Source: the human T2T-CHM13v2.0 reference genome, Homo sapiens. Taken from it: a stretch of DNA of 64,000 nucleotides. The stretch lies in assembly GCF_009914755.1 (NCBI RefSeq), contig NC_060931.1, one strand, 5' to 3'. How positions within the stretch are numbered: position 1 is the first letter of the stretch; each line of letters opens with the position of its first letter. Below are positions 1-19,510 of the stretch, piece by piece. Both the position numbers and the translations under genes were made by a program. Under the pieces are notes generated by a model, which saw only the letters and a program-made list of their open reading frames with translations, had not been told where the DNA came from and did not search any database.

Positions 1-808
1 GCAAAACATATTGGGGAAGGGATCGAATTCTTCAGTGTTTCCTTTGGGATCATGCAATAAAGATGCAGCCTTGCTAATTGGTGAACAAAGCTGATTGGCT
101 GGGATCGCCTTGGAATACTGCATTCAAATTTGGGTAATTCCCCCCAACTTAAGGTTACTGGCTTGTGCAATGTTAGATTGTAAAAACTAAAAGAATAGAG
201 GAAAGACTTAACAATTCATCCCCAAATGCTTTTCTACATATTTTTAATCATATCTATGTGTACTCTAATAAGCAAGATAGACACTCATATAAATTTCTTC
301 TCAGAGCTTCTGGGCAGATACAACCTGCTTTAAGAAAACTATATGTGAAAATCCAAATTTAACCTTGTTTTTTTTTTTTTTTAAAACAAGATAACGTTCC
401 CCTTGAGAGCCTGTGAGAAACCAAAGGGAAGCTATATCCATTTGCTTAGTTCTGAAGGAGTTTCTATATTTTAAATGTTTAAGGGTCTTCTGAAGGGGGA
501 GCAGTTTGTTTTAGCTAAGGGCCTGCAGCCACAAAGAGATTTGTGAATTTTCTACATACCTACGAAATCTAGCACTTCTTGTAGAGCAGCACTGGTAGTT
601 TTGGGGGCATGATGGTTATGAGAAATTTGAGAATGAGCTAGAAATAGACTTTCTGGGAAAATATGGGCTGAAACGGATTCTCCAGCCCTTGATACTACGT
701 AACAACAGACTCATAGTTGTACTTATTCGATGAAATGAGACAAATCTTAAGAGCACTGGAGGCTGAAAATGTGACTCTCTGTGGGCCATTTTACTTTTCT
801 CTTCACAG

Positions 809-885
809 GAGTCAATGAAGCAAGTTCATGAGACTCTGAGGCAAGGACACCAAACCAGGGGTTTTAGCTCCTACCCATGGTACTG
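809..885 (+). other. candidate spliced exon (77 nt), probably non-coding
   Basis: Acceptor ttttacttttctcttcacag ends at 808; donor CTG|gtaagt starts at 886. One frame is open (ESMKQVHETLRQGHQTRGFSSYPWY) but not recognised. Confidence 0.4.
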
Positions 886-1047
886 GTAAGTGATTAAAGA
901 GCTGCAGCTTCACAAGAGACAGCAAGGGCAAGGCTAGGGCCATAAGATTTCCTAAGTCTTGAAAGCAGGGAAAAGGCAGCTTGCCCATGCTTTTACTGGA
1001 AACAGCAAAATTCAAAGTCAGGAATTCCAAACTGTCAGAGGAAAAAG

Positions 1048-1160
1048 TGGATCATGGTTTTGTGGGTCCTGAAGCTTATACAACTTTCAGAATACAGAAT
1101 AAGGTGTAGTGTAGGGCCCTCCAAGAAATCTGTGTTAAAGAAAGGTCCTGAAGCTTATGA
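1048..1160. mobile_element. old hAT-class DNA transposon relic, family uncertain
   Basis: ggatcatggttttgtgggtcctgaagcttatacaa plus a second ggtcctgaagcttat copy near 1144; resembles a known MITE end. Confidence 0.35.
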
Positions 1161-1321
1161 TATGATCTATAACGTATCTTTATCCCTCGCTGTGTAAAGC
1201 ATAACATACGTCACTCTTTTTTCTATTGACACCTTGATATAACATCACTCTTGAGTAGTAGTAATAATAATAATTTGTTGAGCTCTTGTTATGTGCTAAG
1301 TTCTATGTTAGAACCTTCCTG

Positions 1322-1440
1322 CATTAGTTTGCTAGGGCTGTTGTAACCCAGTGCCACAAATTGGGTGGCTTAAAGCAACACAAATTTATTTTCTGAGCTC
1401 CGGAGGCTTAAAGACCAAAACGAGTGCATCAACAGAGCCA
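1322..1440 (-). mobile_element. MLT1 (ERVL-MaLR) LTR fragment
   Basis: cattagtttgctagggctgttgtaacc...gggtggcttaaagcaacacaaatttattttct is the MLT1 terminal signature. Confidence 0.7.
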
Positions 1441-1491
1441 AATCTCGACCATACCACAAGTTACTTAACACCCCGTAGACCTTAGTTTCTT

Positions 1492-6242
<4,751 letters not shown>

Positions 6243-6550
6243 AGACCTTAGTTTCTTGTTCATAAAATATGGAAATGGGCAGGGGTTCTTAAGGTATTTT
6301 GCTATGTCAAGTTATTACTCTAAAATTTTCCCACACTATATTGGGATTTAAAAAATATTGACTACAATTAGCCATAAAAGCAAATAAAAAATTTAGAATA
6401 AACACCCAACATCATTCTATTGTGCAAACTGTTTTTTCGTAATAGAAATTTTTGCTTAATAATATTATGTTTTGTGTCAATCCACGATGAATGGACATGT
6501 CGGGTTTCTATGGCTTTGTCTCCTTTCTCTTCCAAACATGTAGTATAGAC

Positions 6551-6877
6551 CAGGGGTTCCCAACCCCTGGCACTGGCACCGGTCTGTGGTTAGGAACCGG
6601 GCCACACAACGGGAGGTGAGTGGTGGCAAGTGAGCATTACTGCCTGAGCTCCACCTCCTGTCAGATCAGCAGTGGCATTAGATTCTCACAGGGGCACAAA
6701 CTCTATTGTGAACTGCACATGTGAGGGATCTAGGTTGTGCACTCCTTATAAGAATCTAATTAATGTCTGATGACCTGATGAACAGTTTCATCCTGAAACT
6801 ATCCCTCCTCCACCCCCATCTGTGGGAAAATTGTCCATGAAACCAGTCCCTGGTGCCAGAAAGGTTGGGGACCACTG
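6551..6877 (+). mobile_element. MER1B (hAT-Charlie MITE)
   Basis: Ends caggggttcccaacc / ggttggggaccactg; internal gagctccacctcctgtcagatcagc; 8-bp TSD gtatagac/gtatagat. Confidence 0.9.
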
Positions 6878-7599
6878 GTATAGATTATCTGTTGAAATAT
6901 TTCAAATCTAGAAACTCGAATGAAATTGAGGTGGGTTCTCTGATCCACTGGTCCCACCCAGTACCTGGGGTGTGGGCTTTAACCATCACACTATCATGTC
7001 CTACCCTCTGAGGGAGGTGCTTGCTTGTGGTATTCTTTGTAGTTAGTATAGAGCTCAGCAAAATGTCACAGAAGAGGTGCAAATCCTTTCATTCACAATG
7101 CATGAAGATGTAGGTGGAAAACTGGGAAAGCAGGTTCTCACCCCACAGTGGTGAGAACTTCTGATGAAGACACACCCCCTGGCAGACACTGCATGGTACT
7201 GAGAGCACTCACCAATGCCACCACAGTGACAGAACTTAGTCCTGTGTAGACCTCTCAGGTAAGCTCTCCCAGGTAGACCCTCTCAGTAGCCTCTAATCCT
7301 CCATAATCATATACTACCTTCTAGCTCCTCTCCATATCAGACTGTGGGAGGACAGGGGATCTGACCTTTTAAAAACAGACAAACCAACTAAACAACATCT
7401 AAAACATTCCCAGGACTCCATTATGGTACCTATTCTTATCTCCCTTGTATAAGTAAATGAACAGATGTAAAACTCAATCTCTTAACCTCTGTAAACTGGC
7501 ATTAATAATTCAGCCTTTTATTGATTATTTTTTTCTGCTGGCCAACAAGCTACCTAGAGCCCTAAAAGGCAATGAATTAAAATATAAAAGATATTGTTG

Positions 7600-7760
7600 C
7601 CCATTCATTTAATAAAGTCTATCCATTTATTCATTTCCCCAATCAAGAAATATTTATTGAATGACCATTTTATGCGAGTCATAATTCTAAGCCCTGGGTA
7701 TACGATGCAGAGGAGCAAATTGCAAAGAAATATCCCTTGCCTTCAGGGAGCTTGCAGTCT
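7600..7760 (-). mobile_element. L2 3' end fragment
   Basis: cattcatt...aaatatttattgaatgacc...cccttgccttcagggagcttgcagtct. Confidence 0.6.
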
Positions 7761-8054
7761 CACTTGTTAAAAACAAGTCTGATTTGACAATGCGTAGTGG
7801 AAAGTTAAATTATAATTCATATTTTCCAGCATTTATTTTTATTTGTAGTTTTGGCATTCATTAGATTTTAAAGGTTTATCACACATTTGTCTTTCTATTT
7901 TATCTTTAATTTTGTATTTGTGACTGATGGGCATTTTTTAGATTAGTGGATCCTTGAGAACAGGAAGTTTTTTCTATTGTACAGGTCTTATTACAACAAA
8001 TGCTTCTTAATCAGCACTTGTTAATGATTTTGTCATTTAAATTCACACAATTTT

Positions 8055-8490
8055 AACCTTGGAAGAGGCTTTAGAGATCATCTAATTTAATTTTCTAATT
8101 ATATAGGTGAGACAATGGAGGCTCTAAGGGGAATAAAGATTTTTTTATAAAATGCTAGAAAGATCTGTAATTATTAACATTGTTGCCAGGTTCACATAGT
8201 TAGTTTGGTCAAAATAGACTAGAATCTAATTCTTCTGAATTATTTAATAAAACATTTCACTCAGTAATTATTTATTGAATAAAATGCAGTTTAAAGAGCT
8301 TTGATTTCGGACAAATGTCTTAAATTTAATGTTATTTCCTTCCTGCACAATCTTTGCCAATTTCTTCATTTCTCTGAGCCTTAGTTTTGTCACGGGTGAA
8401 CTGGGGATAAAAATAATACATTCCTTTGAGAATTATTATGAGGATTAAATAGGATAAGATATGTAAAATACTTGGTATAAAATAAACTTA
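8055..8490. mobile_element. two MIR-family fragments (about 8055-8240 minus, 8285-8490 plus)
   Basis: tttagagatcatctaa...; tctctgagccttagtttt...atgaggattaaataggataag. Confidence 0.6.
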
Positions 8491-8935
8491 AAACCGACAG
8501 TCTCTCATCGTATGGATGGCCTGTTTGCAACATGGCTGCCAAATGTGTATGGAAGTCAGGAAAAGGTGAACAGGACCTGAGGTAAACTCAGCATATTCTC
8601 CAGCTCTCTTGGAGACACAACTGGAAACAGTAGTTCCATCTTCAAACTAAGAAAACTCATCTGGTTTTTGCACAATTCACAGGGAGGAGGCAGAGTCTAA
8701 CTTGATACTACAGGAACTGAAGTGGCTAATTTGAACATTAAAAATAAATATTTAGCTTTTTGTTGTTGCTGTTCTCCAAGAGGGTGAGTTGAGTCCTACT
8801 GATTACAGTATGATTATTCCTTAATCTTGCATCGGTGATTTATTCAAGTGCCTTCTGCCATATGTGAGAGATCATATTCCTATCTTACGTCTGAGTAAAA
8901 AGTAAATGTAAGTAGCGTTACTTAAAACTATGACA

Positions 8936-9249
<314 letters not shown>

Positions 9250-9458
9250 TTATCAATTTTTTCTTTTCACTGAAAGCTGTAATTATCTTATACCTTTAAT
9301 CTCTGTAATTGTTTACTGTCTTTGAAATAAACAGTATTTGGGGAAGAGAAACATAGAAGCCTTTATGTTTAACAGCACCTGATTACCTAGCCTTTTTGGT
9401 AGTGGCACTTTGGCTGTGAGGAATAGGAGAGAGAAGGAGCTACTTGCCAAATGAAATA

Positions 9459-9550
9459 ATGACTTTTATTTCATTATCTTTTTCTATACTGGTCACCTAA
9501 CCACATGACTTTTATTTCATTATCTTTTTCTATACTGATCACCTAACCAC
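9459..9550 (+). repeat. 46-bp tandem duplication (2 copies, 1 mismatch)
   Basis: ATGACTTTTATTTCATTATCTTTTTCTATACTG[G/A]TCACCTAACCAC at 9459-9504 and 9505-9550. Confidence 0.95.
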
Positions 9551-9766
9551 AACAATGGCTATTTGTGAGAGGGACGATATTATAAAAATATAAATAAAAT
9601 CATATATGCCTAAATAAATAGGGTATATTCATGCAATGGGATACAAAACGATCTGAGACCTAGCTACCTATCTGAAATACTAAACAAACTATTAACTTGC
9701 ATAAATTTCTAAATTAAAATGTTGAGTAAAAAATTTAAGTGACATTATTATTAATATAAAGTTTAA

Positions 9767-10137
<371 letters not shown>

Positions 10138-10284
10138 TTAAAAACATGGGTGGGAAAGATGTTCAACTTCATGACAGCAATTCCCATGGGGAATGAAGGA
10201 AATTATATTAAAGAGAGGGACAAAGGAGGCTTCAATAGACTTTTTTTTTTGCATTAAAAAATGCAACAAAAGTACTTTAACATG

Positions 10285-10500
10285 CAATTGAAAGTAGAAC
10301 TTCCTGTGATAATGAAAATATTCTGTCTCTGTGTTGTCCATTCAGGTAGCCACTAGGCCACAAATAGCTACTGAGCACTTCAAACATGGCTAGTGTGACT
10401 GAGAAACTGAATTTTTAATTTTATTTCATTTTAGTTAATTTACATTTTAAATTAATTTAAATTTTAATGTGGCTAGTGGCTACCATATTGGACAGCCTAG
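10285..10500. mobile_element. MER3-like hAT-Charlie MITE
   Basis: tagaacttcctgtgataatgaaaatattct...gtagccactag...gtggctagtggctaccatattggacagc. Confidence 0.8.
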
Positions 10501-12168
10501 TGTTAGACTACAGAGAACATTTTAAACCTTGCGTTTGACTTCAGTTTGGGAAGATCCCATCACATTTTTCTTTCATTATGAATGTGACTATAAATATTTG
10601 AAGAAAACTAAACAATCTCTTGATAACATCCTTTAGTATTGCAAAAGGACAACTGAAAGTTATTGAGGTATTGGGGGAGGGTGGAAAAAGAATTACGTTT
10701 GTGAAGTGGAATGAGTAGAAAGGTCACTATCCAGTTCCATTGGATATCTATAGAAAAGAAAGAATCAAAAGCACTTCAGGTACTCATGGGGGGTACTTTG
10801 GATTTGGTAACAGATTTGATAAGTGAAGACTTAATTTCCCCAGTGACTCAGCTGATACAGGAGGTTTTATCTTTTTCAGAAAATTAAGAGTAAATTGGCT
10901 GGCTCTATAGACTTACTGACTCCAGTTAGATAAGTATTTGCTGTGTTTATTAAGTTGTTTATGTAGTATAATAATACAAGTGATTTAATAAAGATAAGAC
11001 TTCGGATAAATGTCAACACACTTCCCACTCTGCAGCTGGTCCATTTCAAGCAGTTAAATTAAAAGATAAAACACCACTCACAAAAAAATTGATCATTGTC
11101 CAAGGGAAACATTTAAAATTGAAAGAAATCTTCCACTTTCAGTACACAAAGCCATATGCATATGTGTAGGAAATGAACCTCTCTGTAATCCAGCAATTGT
11201 TTACCTAGAAGGAAAGGACAAGAAGCTATGTTTTGTAGGTGTTTGCTGTAATGAGATACAATTTAAAAGTACTTACGGTTTGTGGACAAGTATTAATGAC
11301 CAGTGTTATTTATAGCACAAGTAATGGAGATCTTTGAATGAAACAAAATAATTACTATTAATTTTGTTATTTATCTGTCTTTATATACATCAGGACATAG
11401 CTAGTGAAAGCTTACTAAAAGCTGTAAAATGTAGATGCTATTGCTGAAATTTAAATAACGTAAAGTGGATCTGAATTTTGCCCAACCTTCTCTGTTTACA
11501 TCATTTTGGGAAAAGAAGTTTTGTTTTTACTTGTAGTTTCTCTAGAACATCATCTAAAATTTAAAAATATAGTAAAAAGGGTGATAATAGAGAAAGGAGA
11601 TATATCTTCATGGTCTTTAAATCCTTGTTTCAGTGGAGTTATCTTCCAGATTAGGGGTGATGAGGCTCCCTTCCTCTGTCCTCACAAAGCACTCAGGGAA
11701 AATTTTTACCATTTCATTATGCCCCTCATATATTTTTTCCATCTAAGGAAAAAACTTCTATCACAGTTGTTGGCATATGGAACTTTCTTAAAAGAATATT
11801 TACAGTGCAGTTCAGTTTAGAAGTGATAGCCCAGAGGGCCCATGGTCAGTTCTTGGTGAATTCGGAGCAACTGCACTTGCTTACAGGACACCAAGGTTGC
11901 TTTCACATAATAGGAAATATTGTATTAGCACATAAAGCATGATGCTAATGATGTCAACTTCTTGGTTTGATCAGAAAAACATTATTTACCACACATGGTT
12001 CTGGATTGGTCTTCTGTCTTTGAAAATTGTATGGAATATTCATAAGTGTTGTACAAGCTGTTTTTCAAATGCTTGACACACACTGACATTGGACATTTGC
12101 CATTTCAAATGCCTGGGATGAGATGTCGACCTGTTCTATGAACTGAAAAGTTGGCCTTTGTAACCAGG

Positions 12169-12662
12169 TCTGGTAGACTATTTAATGGCCACACATTTCT
12201 CCAATCCTTGTATCCAGGCCCCTGTGCAATATGACTTTGCTGTTCCTTCCATCCAGAAGTGGAGTCTATTTCTTTAGACCTAGATGCCGGGCTAATCATG
12301 TGACTTGTTTGACAAAGAGCATGTGCCCGAAGTGATGTTGTGTGAGTTCCGGAGGCTGGGACTTAACAGAATTTTCAGTTTCTGCCTTTGCATTCCTAGA
12401 ATGCTACCCTGAGACCTCTGTGTGACGAAACTTGTGCTTACTGGAGGATGAAAAGCCATTAGGTGAACTGAGGCTTCCCAGCTGACAGCCAACACCAAAT
12501 ATCAGACAGTTGAGTGAGGCTACCTTGGACCCTGCAGCCCATCTGATCCTCCAGCTGAGTGTAACCACATGAGTGAGCTCAGGCAAAGCCCAGAGAAGAC
12601 TTTTTGTTTTAAACCACCAAATTTCGTAGTAGTTTGTTATGCAGCAAAGGGTAGCTGAGACA
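12169..12662 (+). mobile_element. MLT1 (F/G/H-type) solo LTR
   Basis: gaagtggagtctatttct, catgtgacttg, ccagctgacagcca; 3' end tttgttatgcagcaaagggtagctgagaca. Confidence 0.8.
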
Positions 12663-12974
12663 CTGAGGGTACAGCTTTTGTTCTGATTCTTAAGTGAGAT
12701 TTTTGTGATAGCCTATAGAAAAATAAAGAAAAAGGATGCATTGTTAATTTCCAGATTCTTTTGGGTTTTAGAAGGATCTTAATTCCCTGATTTTGAGAGT
12801 GACATATAACTTAGTAGGGAATGACAGATGTTTTCATTAGTACAGTGTTTAAATGTAAAAGGTAAATTACATGATTAATGTTCATGCATTATTACTAACT
12901 TGTCCATTCTGTTCATGCAAATGCATTTTGTACAACATATTTTTCATGGTAGAAATTAAAATTATTTTCTTCAG

Positions 12975-13107
12975 GAGTTATGAGAATGAAATCAGCTGAT
13001 GACTGACAAAAACAGTGGTTGAGATTTCCAGAGATTCTATATACAGGAATGACTCATCCAAATTTACCACACATTGTTCATTGTGTATATTTGTTAACCT
13101 CAGGAAA
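12975..13107 (+). other. candidate non-coding exon (133 nt)
   Basis: attattttcttcag| acceptor and AAA|gtaagt donor; stops in all three frames. Confidence 0.3.
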
Positions 13108-14364
13108 GTAAGTGTCTATGAAATGCTTGAAATAAATATATACCCACACATACTTCTTCTTATTTTACTGTGGTTGTTTTGGTTGTGTTGGTTGTTTCAG
13201 ATTGCTCTGGGTCTGTAAGCAAAATTTAAAGGTTTTTTTTTTTTTTTAAGTAAAAAAAATGTAGAAAAGAAAAAGCTGGAGGAAAGACGAGGAGAAGTAG
13301 TAGCAAAAATCATTCCTTAGTGCACTTGCTATAGGACTGCAACCTAAAGAAAGGCTAAAAGTTGACTAGTGAACCTTAAGCAGTTTTAAAATATGCTCAC
13401 ATTAATCAATATTTCTCCAAATATCGTATCAGTACAAAATTTCAACAGCAAGAGTAAGCACCTTTTCACCAAGTTGTAGGCAACTGAAAATGCTTCTCAA
13501 TAAAACATTTTCCAATCTCAGCTCAGAGAAATAATAATCTTTTAAAAATGTAGTGCTTAGAAGGTTGGAAGAAAGAGCAGAAGATTGCAAAACTAGGCAC
13601 AAGAAGTCCACCAGCTGTTAGAAAGTTCAAAAAGTCAATAAATGAAGCTAAATACTAGTCTTCTAAAGTCATTTTTCAGGTAAGATAAATAGGGTCTTTT
13701 TCACCTTAAATTCTCATTTGACAGTATCCCAGCACATGTCTCGGCTATTAATACACTTGGGTAGCCTCAGGGAGACTTTCAAAAAGTGGGTCTTAAGACA
13801 CTGATATTCTTGTCTCCAGACTCATGAGTCATTTGGACGCAAGCATTGAATTTAAGAAGTAGTCACTTCCTCACCGTTGAGGCGCTGGTAGAAAACACAT
13901 GATTATTGTATTGGAGATTCAATAAACATTCTTTCATTTTCAAAGTAGATTCTCACAACACTATTATGAAACCTTTCACTACTGGGTCTTTGGTGGGAAA
14001 CGAATAACATGTCTTAAATTTGTCCCTAGACCCATGGCTCTGACCATCTCTGCATACCCCTCCCCAAATAAAGACAGTGAGGTACAATAGGGAGCAGCCA
14101 CAGATGCTGGTCATGAATTTCTTCTAGCTAATAGGAAATAGACTCTGTTAATTTTTTTTTTTTTGACATAAGGTTTTCTGTGGCATTGGAGCTATTTTAA
14201 TGGGGATTTGTTGCTAGGAGAATTCTACGATCACTTTTTAAAAGATGGATGTCTGATGTTTGCATTTTTAAAAATTACTGAAATGTTCTTCAGTCTTGGT
14301 TTAGTTACAGAAGGTTAGCTGAGATTGAGGTAGAGAGCATATTTTTAAAGTATGGAAACCTAAT

Positions 14365-14366
<2 letters not shown>

Positions 14367-14408
<42 letters not shown>
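14367..14408 (+). repeat. (TG)21 microsatellite
   Basis: Uninterrupted TG run. Confidence 0.98.
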
Positions 14409-14411
<3 letters not shown>

Positions 14412-16798
14412 ATGAATACACAGAGTAAGCTTTAAAGAACTGGCTCCTCCATATTAAACATTAAGTAGTTTGTTACAATGATATGCACTATGTATCAACT
14501 ATATGTAAGGCACTATGCTGAAGGTAGCCAAGGGAGAACAGTCTTGGCTCCTAAGGATCTTTTGATGTAGTGAATTTATGTTATATGTTTTTGTCTTTTA
14601 CATTAAGTTATTTGGATCCTAACAATAACGCCCCTTATTTGGAGATACATATACTTTTTGAATAGTCTCTAACTATAGAAGCGACTTGGAAACATAGAAA
14701 TGCTTATATCTGTAACCAGTTCATAGGCAGTTGGTGCTTAGCTTCTTTTGGCACAAAAAAAGAAGTTAGTCTACAAATCAATATTTAATGAAGGAGCAAA
14801 TAAAATACAATATCCTATTAAAATATTATGTAATTTCTGCATGTTGCTTATAAATGATTTTTCATTTATGGCAGTGTAAGTAAGAGGAGAGCTGTTTTTA
14901 AAAATCTTTTGAAGCAAATAAGAGAAAACTATGTCAGGTCTCTAATATTGCCATTAGGAAAAAAAAAACCATTTTGGCTCAGAACTCTGGCATTTTAATC
15001 AGTTTTTTATTTCCTATTGTAATGACTCCTGTTTCGTGTCCATGAGTTTTGTGGTAGCTGGTTAAGTGACTCAAGAAATAGTTTTGTGGTAATATAATAG
15101 TTTTGTTTCAACTATAATATACAAAATGTGCTAGGCAATGTCCAATTAAATGAAATATACTTCACGGGTGAAAAGACTCATGTAATATCCTAAGGTGCCT
15201 TAGTCAGATTTATAACAGCCAATTTATAGGCAGGCATAATATTACCCAATTAGCAACCTTGGCTTTATGAATCAATTGCATTATGTATTTTTAGATTTCA
15301 ACATCTCTTGTGGTCAATCATCTTTCAACATCGAGTACTCAAATGCAATTTCAAAATGAGGGAGCCAGAATCATTGAATGACATAGATGCTTGGCCAGTT
15401 GTTTTATGATGCTGGTTATTGAGAAAGTTAATAGTTCTCTGTTGATAGCAATCATGTATCTCTAACAATACTATCATCAAATTAAATGCTATAGAAGTTA
15501 GCTGGTATGCTTAAAATATTATTAGGGAATATATATTATCAGTGAATATATATAATACATATATAAAATAAATATGTATTTTATATTTTAGCTATATAAA
15601 AGTAAAATAAAATAAAATTTAATTTTTTATTAATCATCTCATAGTGGGGTTTTCCAAGTATTTATTGTATTTGGTGAAGGAAAGAATGGATTTTATTCAA
15701 TAGAATGGTGGGGCAGGCCCGCATGTCATTCAGTCCAAAATAATTGTGCACATTTCTTTTTAAAAAAATAAACTACTAAGATGAAAGCTAATATAGAAGG
15801 AAGATGCAACAAAGACCTCTATATAGAACAGCTCACTGTCAATTCACCAACAACTGTATCATCTAACATCCACTTACTGAATATTCAGCTTATCTGTTGA
15901 CTAGTTTGTTTAGAACTCAATCCCTTGTTGAATGGCTTTGTAATTGTTTGAGTTCTCTCTCTCCCTCTCTCTCTTACTGGCTCTTTCTCTTTCCCTCTCT
16001 CTCCCTCTTTATAAATTCTTAGAATTAACCAATAAAACACTTAGTTTGTCTTAGGCAATGCTGCTTAATATTATGCCCTTTATAATTGATAGAACCGTTT
16101 TGTACACTTTTATTTTGTATGTACATCTATATCTACATATTTATATCTATATAGTACCTATATCTACATAGATATACATATTTATCTACCGTACTTTTCA
16201 ATATTTTAAGCACTTTTTAAAATCTAAAGACTTATTCTTTTATGTTTGATTTTAAGGGAATTAATTTAAGATGGGCTAAAGATTTGGAGACATTTTCCTA
16301 GTAGAGAACTTATAAGAATGCTGGATAAATTTTTTAAAATAATAATTTAAATGCATGGCTTGATTCAATGGAAAGTAAGAAAAGTCCTTGGAGGCTAGGA
16401 ACAAAGATAAGTTAAGGATGCTAAAAATGGAGCCAGCATTGAAACCAGTCTGCCCTGAGACATCAGTTGATCTCTGCAGGCATGGGAGCTCGGACTACAT
16501 CTGTAGGAAGACGAGAGGCAATGTCTGAGGACAAAACAATGAGAGTTTGGTTGCAGACTGGTGAAGGAACACCAAAAGGGTGTTCAGAGAGTGACCTGTA
16601 ACTGTTTCTCCCAGGGAGAGAACGTAGAGATACTTGCCTATATTGATCCTGGCCTTAGGTAAAGAGTTAAAAAGAAAGTGTCCTTTTAGAATTGATTCTC
16701 ACAAGCCCATCCTCCTAAGGCTTTAGGGCCGGAGTTTATACTATTACACTACTGTGGGGGGGAAAAAGAGATAAAAACTCAGGCTGACTTATAGTTTA

Positions 16799-17312
<514 letters not shown>

Positions 17313-18050
17313 ACAAAAACTATACAAAGAGACCCACAGAAAGTATAGATTTTGGAATTAGCAGAAACAAAAGATTAATACATTAAAAATAATAAAAGAC
17401 TCTCAAGGTATGATGAAGAAATAAAAGAAAAATAATCAGACACTTTTGAAAAAGAACAAAGTAGAACTTCTAAAAATGAAAACTGCAAAAATTGAGACTA
17501 GAAAATAACAGTTGTGTTAAACATCAGATTAGACACAGCAGAAGATAAAATTATTGAACTGAAATCTCAGTCTTAATAAATTACCAAGAGTGATGGGTGA
17601 ACGAGAGGTTAAGAGACATAGAGGAAAGAGTGGAAGGCTTAATATAGATCTAATCAGAGGTCTACGAGAGAGGAGAGGAAAATGAAGAATAAACAATATT
17701 CCAAGAGATAATGACTATGACAATAAGACACACCAATCTTTAAATTTAGAAAGTCTAAACATATCCCAGAAAGATACATAAAAAGAAATCTAACCCTATG
17801 TACTGTAAACCCTAATAAAAAACAAAGAATAATATATAAAATACATAAAGAACACTCACAAATTGATCAGAAAAATACAAATTACAAATAGAAAAGTGGC
17901 AAAAGAAATAAGTTTTTTATGGAATAGAAAGAGGATTAGCTAATAAACATATAAAAATATACTTAACATTATCAGAAACCAGGAAAATACAAATAAAAGC
18001 AACAATGAGATCATTTAACACTCACCAGATTGGAAACATTCTGAACATCG

Positions 18051-18369
<319 letters not shown>

Positions 18370-18603
18370 TTTTTTTAAATTTATTTTTATTTTTTTGAGA
18401 CAGGATCTCACTCTGTCCCCCAGGCTGGAGCACAGTGGCATGATCATGCTCACTGCAGCCTCGGCTAATTATTTTTAATTTTTTGTAAAGACCAGGGTCT
18501 CCCAAAGTTGCCCAGGATGACCTCAAACTCCTGGGCTCAAGCAGTCCTCCTGCCTTGGCCTCCAAAAGTGTTGAGATTACAGACATGAACCACTGTGCCT
18601 GCC
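18370..18603 (-). mobile_element. AluJ with about 75-bp internal deletion, tandem to the AluS
   Basis: ctcactgcagcctc joins directly to ggctaatt; aactcctgggctcaagc J diagnostic. Confidence 0.85.
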
Positions 18604-18644
18604 TCCAAATATTTTCTAATGTAAAATGCTGGCAGGTGTGTATA

Positions 18645-18998
18645 TGTCTTAGACTGCTTGGGTTGCCATAACAAAATATTTGTATGGCTGCAAGGCTTAA
18701 ACAGCAGAATTTTTTTTCCTCACAGTTCTGAAGGCTGGAAATCCAAGATCGAGGTGCCAGCATGGACAGTTGCTGGTAAGGCCCCTCTTTCCGGCTTGCA
18801 GACAACCACCTTCTTGCCGTGTCCTCACATGGCTCTCTTCTCATAAGGGCACTAACCCCACAGTGAGGTCCCCATCCTCATAAACTCATTTAAACCTAAT
18901 TACCCCGCAAAGGCTCCATCTCCAAATACCATTGCATTGGGGGCTAGCGCTTCAACATTTGAATTTGGGGTGGTGGGCACACAATTCAGTCCACAGCC
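18645..18998 (-). mobile_element. MLT1A-type solo LTR
   Basis: tgtcttag...ctcacagttctgaaggctggaaatccaagatcgaggtgccagca...cacaattcagtccacagc. Confidence 0.85.
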
Positions 18999-19077
18999 AT
19001 GTGGTAGTGGGAACTATCATGCAATGCTGGTGGAAGTATAAATTGGCATAATCACTTTGGAAAGCTATTTGGCTCAT

Positions 19078-19510
19078 GTGCTGATTATTCTCTACCGTCA
19101 GATTCATTCTCTGCCCTGCTTTTTCCTGCTCTAGGCTCTGGAAGGCTGATGCTGAGGACTGCATCAGCTGGACTGCTTTGCTTCTGGTTGGTCTTGGCTA
19201 ATGGAAAGCAATGGCAGGAGACCAGAGGGCAGAAGAGAGTTTGAAGTATGTTTTTCTTCATCTGGCCATGTCTGTCTTTCTTCACTTACATCTTTTGCTA
19301 ATGGCCCCTTTCTTCAAAGGTCCAGCTGTCACTGAGTTTCAGCAACAATCTCTGTTTTCTTTGGAATTACCGCCACTAGACCTGAATTACCATCTTCAGG
19401 CCTAGCAGTGGTAGTTCCTTCCCATATTTTCCCATTAGGTTTATCAACATCTCTTGTAGTTCTTTAACCCTGCCTTTGCCTCTGTTTCCTATCAAGAACC
19501 TGCCTGATTG
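19078..19510 (+). mobile_element. LTR33-like ERVL solo LTR
   Basis: ggaaggctgatgctgaggactgcatca, ggctaatggaaagcaatggcaggagaccagagggcag, cttcaggcctag. Confidence 0.6.

Noticed and set aside
9459-9550. Direct repeats as a possible CRISPR-like array
   Set aside because: Only two abutting copies, no spacers, eukaryotic context.
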